Assembly: GCF_038025025.1 (NCBI RefSeq)
Contig: NW_027117349.1
Span: 1,364,001-1,428,000 of the forward strand
Direction of reading: 5' to 3'
DNA from: Phyllosticta citribraziliensis
Lineage: Eukaryota
Length of the DNA stretch: 64,000 nucleotides
The notes beneath the pieces are model-generated. The model was given only the letters and a program-made list of their open reading frames with translations. It did no database searches and was not told where the DNA came from. Both the position numbers and the translations under genes were made by a program. Positions 49,847 through 63,400 of this stretch are shown here, piece after piece (within the stretch, counting starts at the first letter, position 1; the number at the start of each line of letters is the position of its first letter).

Positions 49847-50489
49847 GGTGGTGCGTGTTTTCTGAGAGTATTGTCAGCATTTATTCAGATCACGCAAATG
49901 TGGGGTCAGAACTTGGAAGAAGAGGCTGTTTTTAAAATCTTGTCTTTTAAGTGGCTGCAACGTTTTGTGGGCGGAGGTTGGAGGTCGAGGGTTGAGGGGT
50001 GCAGGTTGGAGGTTGGATGTTGAAGGGTCGAAAGCGTGGTTGACAGCCGGCCGGTGCTTATGGACATGCCCCGTCTCGGTTCACTTCGCCGCCGCAGTGT
50101 TAATATTGAGCGCAGGGCCTTGGCAAATTTTGTCTTTGTGAATCAGGCAGGAGAAAGCTTTGTCACCTTGATTTCAATCCTGCATCCGCTGCTGTATCAA
50201 GGTTGCCGCTACCCCGTGACGTGGTCATCGTTACTGACTCCCATCATCACAGCTCCACGACACTCAGCAGTACAACAAGATGAAGACATTCGTCATCGCT
50301 CTGCGAGCTCTACCACTACTGCGCGAGACAAGTGACAAAGCTCGCGGGCAAAGGAGCCGCCGCACACTGAGACAAGTGAACATCTCGGCTTCCCAGCGGG
50401 AGACCAAGTAGGTCGTAATTTTCGGCGTCCTCAGGGCCCCAGGTTTGAAATTCCGTGTTATCGAACCACCAATTCGAAAATATCGAGGG

Positions 50490-52450
50490 CTTTTTGTACC
50501 AGGACTCGCGGTCCAAGCGCTGCATGAGCTGCGGCGCGACACATGGCAGCAGCACATGCTTACCAAACACTGGCAGCTGGCTTGTGATCCACGGCTGCCA
50601 TCTGCAGCAGGAAAAGGGGGTATAAAACCCTCGCCCTTTTCGGTCTCCTCTCTTGTTTTCAGGACACTCATCAAGCACGGATCCAAGTGGAAGACGGCAC
50701 ACCGGATTCGGACTTTCTCGCGTCTGCAAGGCTCGCCTAGATGGTGGAGCACTCTTTTCCGCTTTTGCTGCGTCCGCTAAACAGCTTTGCTGAGTCTGGA
50801 TTGCTTCCACAGCTCAGAAAAAAGAAATTTGACCAGAAGATGGCCCGTAGCATTTTTGCTCCACGATAAAAGCATAACATCATGCTTTCTCAGTGAAGCT
50901 CATCACCTACGGTTTTGCAGCTCTTATATCTTAACGGAACCTTAAGACAGCTCAACTCACACTGAGCAAAAGAAAGAAAAGAAGGCAGAAGGACACAGTA
51001 TGCAGAGCAAACCCGAGTGTCATTGAGTTGAGAGTCTCCGAAGCTCAAGTCAGCGCATCCGCGTTGTTGAGTGGTAAGAGGCGGAGGCTTGCGGGGTCTT
51101 TTATACCACACCCCAGCGGCCCAGGCGCTGCACGAGACGTGCGTGCTTGCTCTCTCACATGCATCAATTACTATCGGCTCGTGATCCACGAGTCGCTCTC
51201 GCTCGCCGCGGAAACGAGGGTATAAAAGTCTCCAGCTTCGCCGCCTCTTTCTCTTCTACAGAGCAGTCATCGCCTACGTGCCTAGTTATTCCAGTGCCGA
51301 AATTGAAGACGACTGACTGCCTGGTCCCGTTTGCTCTGCGCCAACTTCCATTACCACTCGTCTCCTCCCTTGCGGCGAAAAAAAGGAGCAGAGGCAAATG
51401 ACTGGGCTAACGACGCAGGATGGAGCTGGATTCCTCCACCATCACCCGATGGCGTTCACTGGCATCGCAAGATGCGCTCGCAGCAGCGCCAGATAGTAGA
51501 AGGTTAGCTTAGACGCGACGAGGAAACCGCAGTGCAAAGGTATCCCGGAAGGTCCAGAAGGAAACCAGGTCCGAGTCATGAACATCTTTGTCGTTCTTTG
51601 ACAGTTGCAGCTCAAGACTGCGAACACAGCTTGTTGAACAACGGAACATGGAGGATTACAAAGGCTTTTATACCACAGCTCAGCGGCAGAGGCGCTCACA
51701 TGCCAATCGGACCCTGGCTTGTGATCTGCCTTTTTTTTCCTGTGGGAAAAGGGGTATAAAAACGTCAAGCTTCTCAGCCTGCAGCTCTTTTCCAGATCAC
51801 TCGACACCCGTGCATCTACGCAGAAGCGGAAATCCGTGACAATGACGATGACTTTTCCTGGACGCAAGAAACTCTCGAGTTGGTCACGTTTTCCTTTCTC
51901 TTGATTCGGCAGCTCTTCTGTAGCACCCTCTCCCTCAGTGCGCTGAGAAAAGGAGGCGCCATGTCCATAGAACCGTCATGGATAAGTGTTGAAGTGCTTC
52001 ATCATTGACCTACGACGCTCGCCAGCATGGAATGCTGCGTTTAGATTGTGTGCTGCTGCGGTCGTGTCGAACTAAACTCCAACTCCAACCCCAAAGGCGC
52101 AAAAGAGAAGAAGAGTTCAATGCCGCGGAGCCGGGAGAAAGAGACAGTACGATGTGATCCACATGCTGTAGAAAACAAGTTCTCTCTCCGCACCTGAAGC
52201 TCTGAACAGGCGTCCAGCTTTCAGTTGTCGAGCCTCTGCCCGCTCAACCTTCCGACTTTTATACTCCGACTCAGTGACTGAGTGGCCTAAGCGCCGCACA
52301 CGACACATGCCACATGCCCTCATACGCTACTGGCTTGTGGTCTGGATAGCACACGATAGTTGACAGTTGACATGTGAGCGAGCCAGCTGGCGACAGCGCA
52401 TATGACAGTCTGCCATGTGAAGGGAGGGAGGGAAGAAGGGTATAAAAGAC
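50490..52450. repeat. Array of back-to-back TATA cassettes (island B, 4 units, inverted relative to island A)
   Basis: TATA pairs at 50492/50620, 51099/51220, 51666/51754 and 52257/52440, each with an internal GGCTYGTGRT (reverse complement of ATCACRAGCC). Confidence 0.8.
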
Positions 52451-53316
52451 TGCTCAGGCCGCACTTTTGATGGCATCGACAGCCGTTGACGCCATGGCAG
52501 GCGCGTACCGACACTGGGTTACTTGGAACAAGTTGTTGAAGAGCAGATCACTTTCTTTGCGCGGCCGGCTGCTCGCGTTCAATTCAAGAACCCAACGTCC
52601 CAGAGATTGTGTCTCGCAGCTTTTCGCGATGGCGTCTATCCGCGTCAGCACACAGCATAGAAAGTCAGCATCGTCGAGTCATGCCGCTGAAGGTTCTCCA
52701 TTCCCTCTCACATCCACCTCTTCTCGAGCCTTCCCTTCTCCTATCTTCTTTTCTTTTCTCTTCTCTTTTCTTCCCTTCGCTTCCCTCCTCTTCCATTCCC
52801 TTCCCTTCCTGCACCAAAGACGAAAACCAGATGTCTACATACAAGCCTAGTCAAGCCTAGTCAAATCACTCAGCCAAAAACCAAGCACAGGCAGATCAGA
52901 CGAACGCTCCCACCACGGACGCATGTCGGCGACTGCCTAATCCAGCTAGCGCCGCCAAGCGCGCGTACAAAAGGACGCTCCATCTGCGGCGACGACTTCT
53001 CGACAAATCCACACACATTCGCTCACGCTTGTAGTGCAACATCCCTAACAAGATGGACACTGGTCGTGAGGACTGGTTTCACCGCAACATCGAATTGTTC
53101 TGCGCGGCGGACGGGGGTCTCGCGATGCTTTTTGCTTTGTGGGGGTCTCTGTCGACGTGAAAGGGTTGTGGCGGACATCAGCATCACTGCCATGTAATGG
53201 AGTCGAGGTAAGAGGTTATGTACATGGTATGCGAAGCGGACCAGTGGCCCTTCTTTCTAATGCAAGAAACCGTTTGATGCAAAAGCGCGCCATGCCATGC
53301 AAAAATGCAACGATGT

Positions 53317-54527
53317 CTAGTTCCCCTTCTTGTTCTTCTCCTCCTTGGTCGGCGGCGTGTACCCGCCGCTCCACAAGACGCTCAGCCGCGGGACGAAGCG
53401 GCCGACCTGCTCCTGATACACGGGATACTCGTCGTACTTGCCGGCAGTCAGCAGCTCGGTGAGCCACGTGCTTCCCTGGAACAGCATCAGGTAGAACAGA
53501 GCGCCCAGCCCCGACCAGTTGTACACCGTCTGCGTGTGGAAGCAGCCCCATTGGTATAGGAGGACCCAGATGGACTGCTCGGCGACGAAGTTGGGGTGCC
53601 GGCTGATGGACCACAGGCCGTGCGTGTTAAAGCCGCGGTCGAAGTCTGCGCGCGTGTACGGGCTGTTTGGAGGCATGACGCCGGTGCGGAGGTATGTGTG
53701 TTTGGCGTTTTGGTAGTCTGAGTGAGTCGTTAGATTGGGTGTGGATGGCGGCGCGGAGGACTTACTCCACTGCTGCTGGTCGGCGAACCATTCGAGCACG
53801 ACGAGTCCGATGAGGACGCGCGAAAAGATCACATCAGGCAGGGTCATGCCTTGGCCGGCGAGGGAGGAGCTGAGGAGGAGGACGTAGGCAGGGGTAGCGA
53901 CAAGGAAGAGCAAGACCTGGGACGTTAGCGTAATCGACAGATATCGAGAGCGAACTCACGCTTTGAATGGTCGAGATAAAAGTGACATTGAAGAGGAAAA
54001 AGATCACTGGGTGGACATAGTTCTTGATTACTTCCCAACGATAGTCTTCGGAGCCAATGCTGTATCCGCCTCGACGCCAGTAATTAAAGGTCAAACGAAT
54101 CTGCAGTCATGAGCCAGGGCCGGGAGAAAAGACGAGGGATCCTCACGCTCCAGAGACAGCTAAACGCAAAGACATTGTCAATCAGCTGCGTCGGTAGACC
54201 CGATAGATGGGCCCATAGTGTGAAATTGGCGACATGGATTGTGGGGAGCAAGCTCCACAGACGATCGACCTGGGAGTAGTTTCTGTTGATCTCGGAGACG
54301 ATCAAGAAGATTGGCGCAAGGGCGAGGGAAAAGGCAAAGCCCGACACCAGAGGGCTGGTGGAGAGGTAAATGGACTTCAGCGCGTCGAGGTCGGTGATGT
54401 TGTCCAGGACTTGGAATGGCAGGGCCTTCAACTGGGGGAGCAGGGGCTCGACCGACTTGAAAAAGTCGGCGCAGTCGGCGAGCGAATTGACGGCGGGCAG
54501 GGCCATGTTGGCCGCGACGAGAGGCAT
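53317..54527 (-). CDS. DUF1295 family membrane protein (steroid 5-alpha-reductase-like)
   Basis: EINRNYSQVDRLWS, TFNYWRRGGY..GSEDYRW, ADQQQW, GLWSISRHPNF, LFQGSTWLTE. Start at 54527 or 54506. Confidence 0.9.
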
Positions 54528-54818
54528 GGCGGAGGGTGAAGAGAGAGAGCTGGAGGGACGAGGCCTGGAGTGACAAGAGGCGGTTGGCATGGATCACGTC
54601 ACTACTGAGCGAGCCGAGATGATCGGCACAAGGGTCCCAGGGCGCCGGGCCGGGCAGGTCGACGGCGGCGGCGGAGGACCGGACGCGACTCGTCGACTCG
54701 ACCAACGCGGCAACCGTTGTCGATGCTCTCGACGCGTCTCCGCCCTCGTCTTCTTCCTCTTTTCGCGTGCGCTCTGCGAAGACGATTCGCCACCGCCCAT
54801 GGATCAACCCGTCGAAAC

Positions 54819-57063
54819 ATGCCCAAAATCCTGTGCGTGGCCGAGAAGCCGTCCATAGCAAAGGCCGTTGCCGGACACCTTTCTGGTGGTCAAATGCGCG
54901 CCGTAGGTTTTCGCTGCGGAATCGACAACAGCCCAAGCTGACCCGACCAGATCAAAGCCCGAGGATGCGACTACATCTACAATTATGAATTCACCTACGA
55001 CTTTGGCTCCCGCTGGGGCCACTGCAACGTCGTCATGACTTCAGTCGTCGGTCACTTGAAGGCGCTGGAATTTCAGCAGCCAAACCACAAGTCATGGGTC
55101 GGCTGCGAGCCCAAGGACCTCTTCGACGCCCGTGTCGACCAGGAAGTGTACAAGGACAAGAAAGCAATCGCAAAGAACATTGAGAACCAGGCAAAGTACT
55201 GCAAGGCGCTGTACATTTGGACCGATTGCGATCGCGAGGGAGAACACATTGGCACCGAGGTTCGCTTCGAAGCGTACAAGGGAAATGCGAGGATCGAGGT
55301 CAAGAGGGCGAGGTTCAGCAACATTGAGAGGGCGCACGTCCTTGCTGCCGCACGGCGCCCCATCGACCTGGACGAAAGACAGGCGCAAGCCGTCGAGGCG
55401 CGCATGGAGCTGGATCTTCGCATTGGCGCCGCCTTTACCCGCTTGCAGACGTTGCAGCTGCGACCCGTCATTGCCCGCGTCCATGGGGACAATGAAATCA
55501 TCAGCTACGGGTCCTGCCAGTTTCCCACGCTCGGATTCGTCGTGGACAGATATTTCCGCGTCAGGAACTTTGTGGCAGAGCCATTCTGGAACATCAAAGT
55601 GTCTCATGTCAAGGACGGCATCAAGGTCAATTACAGCTGGAAGCGGGGCCACTTGTTTGACCGCATGGCCGTCGCCGTCATCTACGAGCGGTGCCTGGCG
55701 GCGAAACTGGCCAGGGTGACCAAGATGCAAAAGAAGCCAACCAGCAAGTGGAAGCCTCTGCCCCTGACGACTGTCGAGCTGCAAAAGATGGGCAGTCGGT
55801 TTCTCCGCATGGACAGTCAAGCCGTCATGCACGCAGCCGAGTCGTTGTACCAAAAGGGATGGATCAGCTACCCCCGTACCGAGACGGATCAGTTTGACAG
55901 GGCCATTGACCTCAAGAAGATTATTGAGAAACAGCAGCCGGATCGAGACTGGGGTGGCTTTGCGCAGCATTTGATGGGTGGAGGTTTCAGCCAGCCACGG
56001 AGCGGGAGAAACAACGACCACGCCCATCCGCCGATCCATCCCGTCAATTACACGACCAGGCAGGCGCTCGCCAACGAGCACGAGAAGCGAGTGTATGAAT
56101 TCGTGGTGAGACGGTTTTTGGCGTGCTGCTCGCTCGACGCCAAGGGCGAGGCGACGGACATTGACATAGCTTACGGCAGCGAGGCATTTGCAGCGCATGG
56201 GCTGCGTGTGTTGGAGCGCAACTATCTCGACGTGTATCCGTACGACAAGTGGGAGAGCAGCCAGCAACTGCCGCAGTACGAGGTGGGCGAGCAATTCGAG
56301 CCAGACGAGGCGCTGATGGGAGAGGGCAAGACGTCGCCTCCCGGATATCTCACGGAGCCGGAGCTGATTGCATTGATGGATGCCAACGGAATCGGCACGG
56401 ACGCGACCATGGCGGAGCACATTGCAAAGATCAAAAGTCGGTCGTACGTCATGACTCGGAGTAGGGGTGGTGGTGGAGGTCAGCGGGGCGGCGGTGAGGA
56501 AGGGGCAGCGGTAGCGGTAGGTGGGCGGGGCGGCAGGGGAGGCAGAGGTCGGGGGCGCGGTGGCAGAGGAGGCGCAACAGCCACGGCACGGAGCGGTGGA
56601 GGCGGCAACGAAGAGTTGATTCCGTCGACGCTGGGCGTGGCGCTGATTGTGGGCTACGACGACTATGGGTTTGAGACGAGCCTCAGCAAGCCATTTTTGC
56701 GAAAGCAGGTGCGTTTGCGAGTTGAATTTTGGAATTTCGGGGATCGTGTTGTGGGCGGATCACTTTGGGAGCGAGCTGACGGACGGACGGGGCGCCAGAT
56801 GGAGGAGCAAATGCGCGCGATATGCGCCGGGACGATGACGAAAAACGACGTGGTGCAAGCGAGCATCCACCAGTATCGCGACGTCTTTACGCGCACGACT
56901 GGCAATCTCGGGCTGCTCAAGAACGTAAGTGGTCCTGTCCCTCGGGGAGCGCGCAGGCGGGCACGTGTAGGGCGGGCACGAGCATGAGGGGCTGACGGGA
57001 GAGCACATGCAGGCGCTGCGCAAGTACGTGTTGAACGAGGCCGTCCAGCAGCGGACTCGGTGA
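54819..57063 (+). CDS. TOP3: DNA topoisomerase III (type IA), 4 exons
   Basis: LCVAEKPSIAK, WTDCDREGE, SYGSCQFPTLG, catalytic ISYPRTET, HPPIHP, GIGTDAT; final exon ALRKYV...* ends at 57063. Confidence 0.97.
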
Positions 57064-57961
57064 GATGCACGTGGAGCGAGATGCGGACAGAGCGGGCAGA
57101 GGTGGGATGCCGAGACGGCGGGGAAGGGAAAGGAAGTGAAGTGAGTTGTGGGTTGCCTTTCTCTGGCTGCAACTGGAAGGGAATGGTGGAGAGGAGAGGA
57201 ATGCTGTGCCGGTGCAGCCCGACCAGACCAGACCAGCAAACTTGTACTGTGCCATGCCACGCCAACAGGGAACCACCCCTCGTCGGCCTGCGCGTGACGC
57301 CCGACGGACGGAGAGCGACGACGCTGAGGTGGAAACGAAGCTGATTGTTTTTCTGACCGGCACTTAAAAGAGTCATGGTGATGTTTTGGGTGTCGCGGCC
57401 TCCACTTCTTTGGCTGCCGCGCCCAGTGTTTATCGCTCTGGCAGCCCGCCAATGAGGGCTCCGAGCCGCCGCAGTGGTCGCTCCTTTGTCAACCATTAGC
57501 CTGATGCGCGACTGTGACCCCCGGGCCTAACCTAACCCTCTGCCACTCCTCCCATAATACCCTCAGCTACCCTACCCTACCCTACCTCTCACCTCCGCTC
57601 TACAACCCTACAACAACAAAGCTCCAACGCGTCCAGCAAACACCACCCAGTCCATCCCAGCCAGCCAGCCAGCCCAGCCTTCGCCTCGCGCTCCCGCTCC
57701 GCCCAGTCCACTTCCGTCCTGTCAGCACTGCGCTGCAGCCCGCTCTTATATCAGCACACGCCGACCACGCGCTTCCGCTTCCGGCCGCCCTCCTCGCCCA
57801 CCACCACGCCTCGTCTGTCCAAAAGCCCTGTCGCTCCGTCGCGTACCATCCAGAGACGCCCTCGCTCTTGTTCGTTGCTCCCCCGTCCACCATCTCCTAT
57901 CGCCTCCACCGCTGACTCGTATTCGCACTTTCCCCAGAAATACCACCCGATCACCAGAAAC

Positions 57962-59173
57962 ATGGCCGCTGTACCTTCCAAGCCCGTCTCCCTCCTCGCC
58001 AACCTCTCCGCCTCTGTCCAGATCCCCAACACCCACGGCAAATCTTCCGGGGACCACCGCGCCATGCTGCCTACGCCCCCCAACTCCATTTCCCCGACCT
58101 TCCCTCCCCAGCGCAAGCCGCACGCCTCCTCCCTCCAGCACGTCGTCGATTCGGACGTCGAGCTGCTCGATGCCGACCACCACCCCGCTCCGCTCTCCAG
58201 CGCCGCTCTCTCGGGCCTCGAAGCCGAAGCCACCATTACGCCCGCCATGCTGGCCAGGAACCACCTCCCCGACATGTTGCTCACCAACGGCCCGGTCGCC
58301 ATCAAACACTTGCTCATGAACCTGGCGCAAACCGTGCCGGGCTTCTCGCGCATTCCCCAGGCAAAGGCGCGCCGCTTGGTCGTGGCTGCGCTCGAGAGCC
58401 GCACCGCCGCCGCCTCGATTCCAAACGGGGAGACGGCCTTTGAGAAGGTGGGATGGGGCCGCTGGGATGCTTATATCGTCGGTCAACCGAGGACGGACCG
58501 CGTTGCGGGTGCGGGAGCGGCGTCGGCGCCGAACGGCATCCCGGTCGCCGGCTCTCACGCCCTGGCTGCCTTTTCGCCGCCTGCCAGCGTCCCCGAGAGC
58601 TACGCCGTGTCCAGTGGTGGTGGCCTCCAGATTCCACGCGTCGCCCAGGCCGCTCGGCGCTTCCCATCCCAGCGCCGCGAGGATTTGTATTCTGGGAGTT
58701 GGGCCGCAAGCTCCGCCCTCAGCGGCCGGGATCCCTCGGACTATGACGTCGACATGCACATGGCCGAGCATGAAGCCGACAAAATGTCGCTGGACGGCGA
58801 CGACGACGGCTATGACTCACCCCCAGCCCCCGAGGCCCTTGATGAGGACTTGCAACTGGATGACGAAGACGACGCTACGGACGAGGAAGACTGGGCCGGC
58901 ATGGGGGCTGAAATGCTACGCCAAGGCAGCTACCGCGGCTACGGAGGCGGTTTGGGTAGTGCTGGCGTCGTACGCGACTATAACCAGCTGTCAAAATCCG
59001 TGGCGAGGACCAAAACCAGCCCATCGAGGAGTCTACGCCCGGTCTCTCGAGGCGTCTCGATGAGCTATCAGGGTCCACCTGCACCCAAGGGATGGTCCAA
59101 CATGGCCGGTCTACCAGAGAGCGTGCAGGAGAGAGAGGCGGCCGAAGCGCTACTCAAGATGGGCTCCATGTAA
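57962..59173 (+). CDS. Stb3-like (Sin3-binding) protein
   Basis: LPTPPNSISP, GPVAIKH, KARRLVVAALE, FEKVGWGRW, TDEEDW, EREAAEALLKM. Confidence 0.8.
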   Translation: MAAVPSKPVSLLANLSASVQIPNTHGKSSGDHRAMLPTPPNSISPTFPPQRKPHASSLQHVVDSDVELLDADHHPAPLSSAALSGLEAEATITPAMLARNHLPDMLLTNGPVAIKHLLMNLAQTVPGFSRIPQAKARRLVVAALESRTAAASIPNGETAFEKVGWGRWDAYIVGQPRTDRVAGAGAASAPNGIPVAGSHALAAFSPPASVPESYAVSSGGGLQIPRVAQAARRFPSQRREDLYSGSWAASSALSGRDPSDYDVDMHMAEHEADKMSLDGDDDGYDSPPAPEALDEDLQLDDEDDATDEEDWAGMGAEMLRQGSYRGYGGGLGSAGVVRDYNQLSKSVARTKTSPSRSLRPVSRGVSMSYQGPPAPKGWSNMAGLPESVQEREAAEALLKMGSM

Positions 59174-60452
59174 GGCCAAGTCTTTGATGAGCGTTCCGCT
59201 GGACTCGGCTACCGCCGCAATGGTGGACCCTTTTTTCGAATCTTTTTAACCACGACCAGCACTTTGACGTCTTGTCCGTCACAACAGCGTCATCTATCAA
59301 ACATTGCGCGAGCCATACATTGACAGTGACGACCGACACGCGCATCTCATTTTCACGACCATTCAACGCTTCCACCTCCGCGACTCTTCAACTCCGCGAA
59401 CACACGACTTTACAACACAACTCTACTCACATAAAACACTCGACTCTTTTTCAAACTCAAAATATCTCGCGACCTTCGCGACGACTGCGCAAGCGACTAC
59501 CCCCTCACCCCGACCGAGCGCGTCACACTTTTTTACTTCTCATCGATACTTGGCAATTTTTGAATTCTTTGGGGCGGCGAACCCCCCCGGTATAGATGAG
59601 CGGCGGCTTCCACTTGGCGGCTTAAAAAAAGCCTGGACAGTGCCCTTTTACGAAGACGACGACGACGATGGATGATTGAGATTGGCGGGCTCTCTCCGCG
59701 GCGGTGCGGGAAGCGGCGCGGCTTCCCCCCGCTCGCGTGTTGATGTTGCTTTTTGGAGCATGCAAGTAATTTTTGGCGGCATTGATTGCGCAGCCGGCGG
59801 CAGCAGCAGTACTCGGGAAGTGCAGTGCAGTGCCATTGGGCCCATTTCTCCTGCCCTGTCCGTTGTTAGTAATTGGAGCGACGGCTTTTTATGGAGTCGT
59901 CGTTGGGTTTGCATCGTTCTGGTCACAGGAATGGGTGGTCGAATGAAGGCAAAAAATGAAGAAGTAGTACGACGGTGGGATTAGGTATCTTGTCTTGTAG
60001 AGCCAGGGGAAACGGCCCTGCGGAATACCAAGGACGAGGAATTGGCGCCGATGCGATGAGCACGCGCTTTTTGACACCACACACACACATTTTGTGCCGA
60101 ATGAGAGATCGTCAAGTGCATGAACATCTGATGTCGTTGACCGTCTTTCTCTACACACAGGCTGATTGCTACTAATGTAGTCAGTACATGTATGTATGTA
60201 CGCTACCGGTGCCTAAAGGTAGGTAGCCAAGCCAAAGCGCCTAGCCTAGCCTAGCCCTACATGTACCTTGCCTATTCCTCTCCTGTGTGTATAAGCTTGT
60301 TAGCGCTAGCCACTCTATCTTGCATATCTAGTCCTACATCCCTGCCCTGCCCCAAGCTTCTTCTTTTCGTGTTATCTTTTTCTTTTCCCCCTCTTGTCTC
60401 CAAGGTTTTCCTGCTTGCTTCACAACAACTCTGCGTTTCTGTTTTGCTTGTC

Positions 60453-63400
60453 ATGATTCCTTGCTCGTCGACTCCGCCGCCGGACCCGTGCGGTTCGTCT
60501 GCTCCGCCTCCGCCGCGCAGTTGTGCCGATGCTTGCTGCGGTGGTGATGGCGATGGCGACGGCACTGCTGCTGCTGCTGCTGCTGATGGAGGCGATGGTG
60601 CTTGTGTTGATGCTTGCTGCGGTGGAGCCCGCAAGTCCAGCGAGGGCCGCGCCGACGCGTGCTGCTCCAAGGACAAGACGGAGTCACCCACGCAGAGCTG
60701 CCGCTCCCCAGCGGGACCGCTCGTCGAAGCTGCACCTGATGGAAAGGCCTGCTCGCGCACCGCCTGCGGCGACACCACTCCCACAAACAACAAAACCAAC
60801 AAGAAAAAAGGGCAATGCTGCGATGGTGCGTACCGTACAGCTTCTGCCTATGTACATACTCTCTCTACACACCTGGTAGCCCACACACACACCAAACCAT
60901 GTCACTGACTACCGCCAACTAGAATCGTGCCTTGACGAGCTCGCCCTCCGCAGCTGCGCCGACGCCGCGTGCGCGCTGTCTGGCAGCTCGACGGCCTGCG
61001 AGGACCACAAGCAAAAGACGCGGTCCAAGTACGGCAGGTCGCTCGAGGCTCTCGGTTGTATCTGTCGCGCCCTGCTGGCCTGCAATCTTGAGTCTTGCTG
61101 CGATAGGACCGCGACTGCTACGTTGAGGCGTAGGCGCGGCGGTGGCCGGAATGTGAGTTCTGCGAGTTCTGTGAGTTCTGCTCGCTCCGCTCGCCCTGCT
61201 GGCTGCACGACGGGCCTGCAGGCTTGTGGCTCGGGTTCTGGTTCTGCTCGATCGCGAAAGGCTGTGGGAAAGGCGGCGTGCCGTGACGAGTGCTGTGCTG
61301 CGAAGCCTCCCAGCGTCAAGAGCAAGGCATGCCAGGATGCGTGCTGCACTGCTCTCTCTCCGAACAAGAACGGGAAAACTTCTCCACAGGACAGCTGCTG
61401 CAAGGCAAAGTCTGGCGCCGGAGTCGCCCTCAGCGTTGACAACATCGACGTGGAGCGCCGCCTGGCCAAGGACGAGCATGTCGTCCTCACCGTCCATGGT
61501 ATGACTTGCACGGGCTGCGAGACGAAGCTGATGCGCTCGCTCAGCGCCATCCCTGGCGTCAGTCGCCCGCAGACCAGCCTGCTCCTCTCGCGGGCTGAGT
61601 TCGATTTGGATGGTAGTATTTTTTCGGCCGAACAGATACAGGCGCGGCTCGAGAAGGAGACGGGCTTCAACTTCGACAAGGTGGCCAACGAGGACGACGA
61701 TCTGGAGACAATCGAAGTGCTTGTAGAAAACGCCAAAGTCTTCGCGGACCACGCGATGCCTGTGGGAGTCGTCAGCGTATCGGTCGTGGACAAGGACATT
61801 GTGGCCCTTCAGTACGATCCCAAGGTCGTCGGAGCTCGCGAACTCATCAACCGCTCCTTCGGCTCTCCCCTCGAATTGGCGCCGTTACGCCCTCCTCCGT
61901 CCATTGCCTCTGGCCGCAAGCACGTCTGGGCCACCGGGCTCAAGACTGCTTTGTCTGCGCTGCTTACCATTCCTGTCTTGATCATGGCGTGGGCTCCGCT
62001 GCCTGAGCATGACATTGCGTACGGCAGTGCGTCTTTGGCTCTTGCAACTGTCATCCAAGTCTTTATCGCGGGCCCCTTTTACTCGAGCGCGGTCCGCAGT
62101 CTCGTCTTCTCCCGTGTCATTGAGATGGACCTCCTCATTGTCCTCAGCACGACGGCCGCCTATGTCTTTTCCGTCGTGGCGTTTGCATACCTTGCTGCCG
62201 GGAAGCCCCTCTCGACGGGCGAGTTCTTCGAAACTGGCACGCTGCTCGTCACGCTCATCATGGTCGGCCGCTTCCTCAGCGCTCTGGCGCGGCAAAAGGC
62301 CGTAGAGAGCGTCTCTGTTCGATCTTTGCAAGCCACCACCGCCTTGCTCTCGTCCAAAGACGGGTCTACCACTGCAGACGAAGAGATGGACGCCCGTCTC
62401 CTCCAATTCGGCGACGTCTTCAAAGTGCTCCCCGAGACGCGTATCCCCACCGACGGCACCGTCGTCTCTGGCATCTCAGAAGTCGACGAATCCATGATCA
62501 CGGGCGAGGCGCACCCCGTCTCCAAGGAGCGCGGCGCCCCTCTCGTCGCGGGCTCCGTCAACGGCTCCGGCGTCCTTCTTGCTCGCGTCACCCGCCTGCC
62601 CGGCTCCAACACTGTCGCCAAGATTGCCGCCATGGTCGACGCGGCCAAAATGTCCAAGCCCAAGATCCAGGACCTCGCGGACGCGGTGGCCAGCTGGTTC
62701 GTCCCTGTCATCGTTGGCATTACGGTGCTCGTCTTCGTAGTATGGGTTAGCGTAGGGGTGCGTCGCGATGGCATGGGGGCGTCTGATGCCGCAGTGCAGG
62801 CTATCACGTACGCCATTGCGACGCTGATTGTGTCGTGCCCGTGTGCCATTGGGCTAGCGGTGCCCATGGTTGTCGTCATTGCGAGCGGCATCGCGGCTGA
62901 GAACGGCGTCGTGGTCAAGAGCGCAGAGACGCTCGAGGTAGCGCGCAAGGCCTCGCACGTCGTGTTCGACAAGACGGGCACACTGACGCAGGGCAAGCTC
63001 AGCGTCACGCAAGAGGCCATTCTGGAAGAGTCGTCCATCGGTTTGCTGTTTGGCCTCGTCCGCGCGAGCAAACACCCCGTGTCTGTGGCCATCGCTGCCC
63101 ACCTTGAAGCCAACGGCGTCGTCCAACTCCCCGTCCCAGACATCAAATCTGTCCCCGGCAAAGGCGTCGAAGCTCCCATCGAAGGCCGCCTCCTCCGCGC
63201 CGGCAACTCGCGCTGGCTGGGCACCGAATCCGCGCCAGAAGTGTCGGCGCTCCTCTCCCAAGGCCTCACCGTCTTCTGCTTCACGCTCAACGACTCCCTG
63301 CACGCCGTGTTCGGGCTCCAAGACACGCTGCGCCCGGAATCCAAAGCCCTCGTCGCCAGCCTGCACGCCGCGTCCATCAGCGTGTCGCTCGTCAGCGGCG

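Noticed and set aside
55092..56420. 442-aa minus-strand ORF
   Set aside because: Antisense shadow of TOP3.
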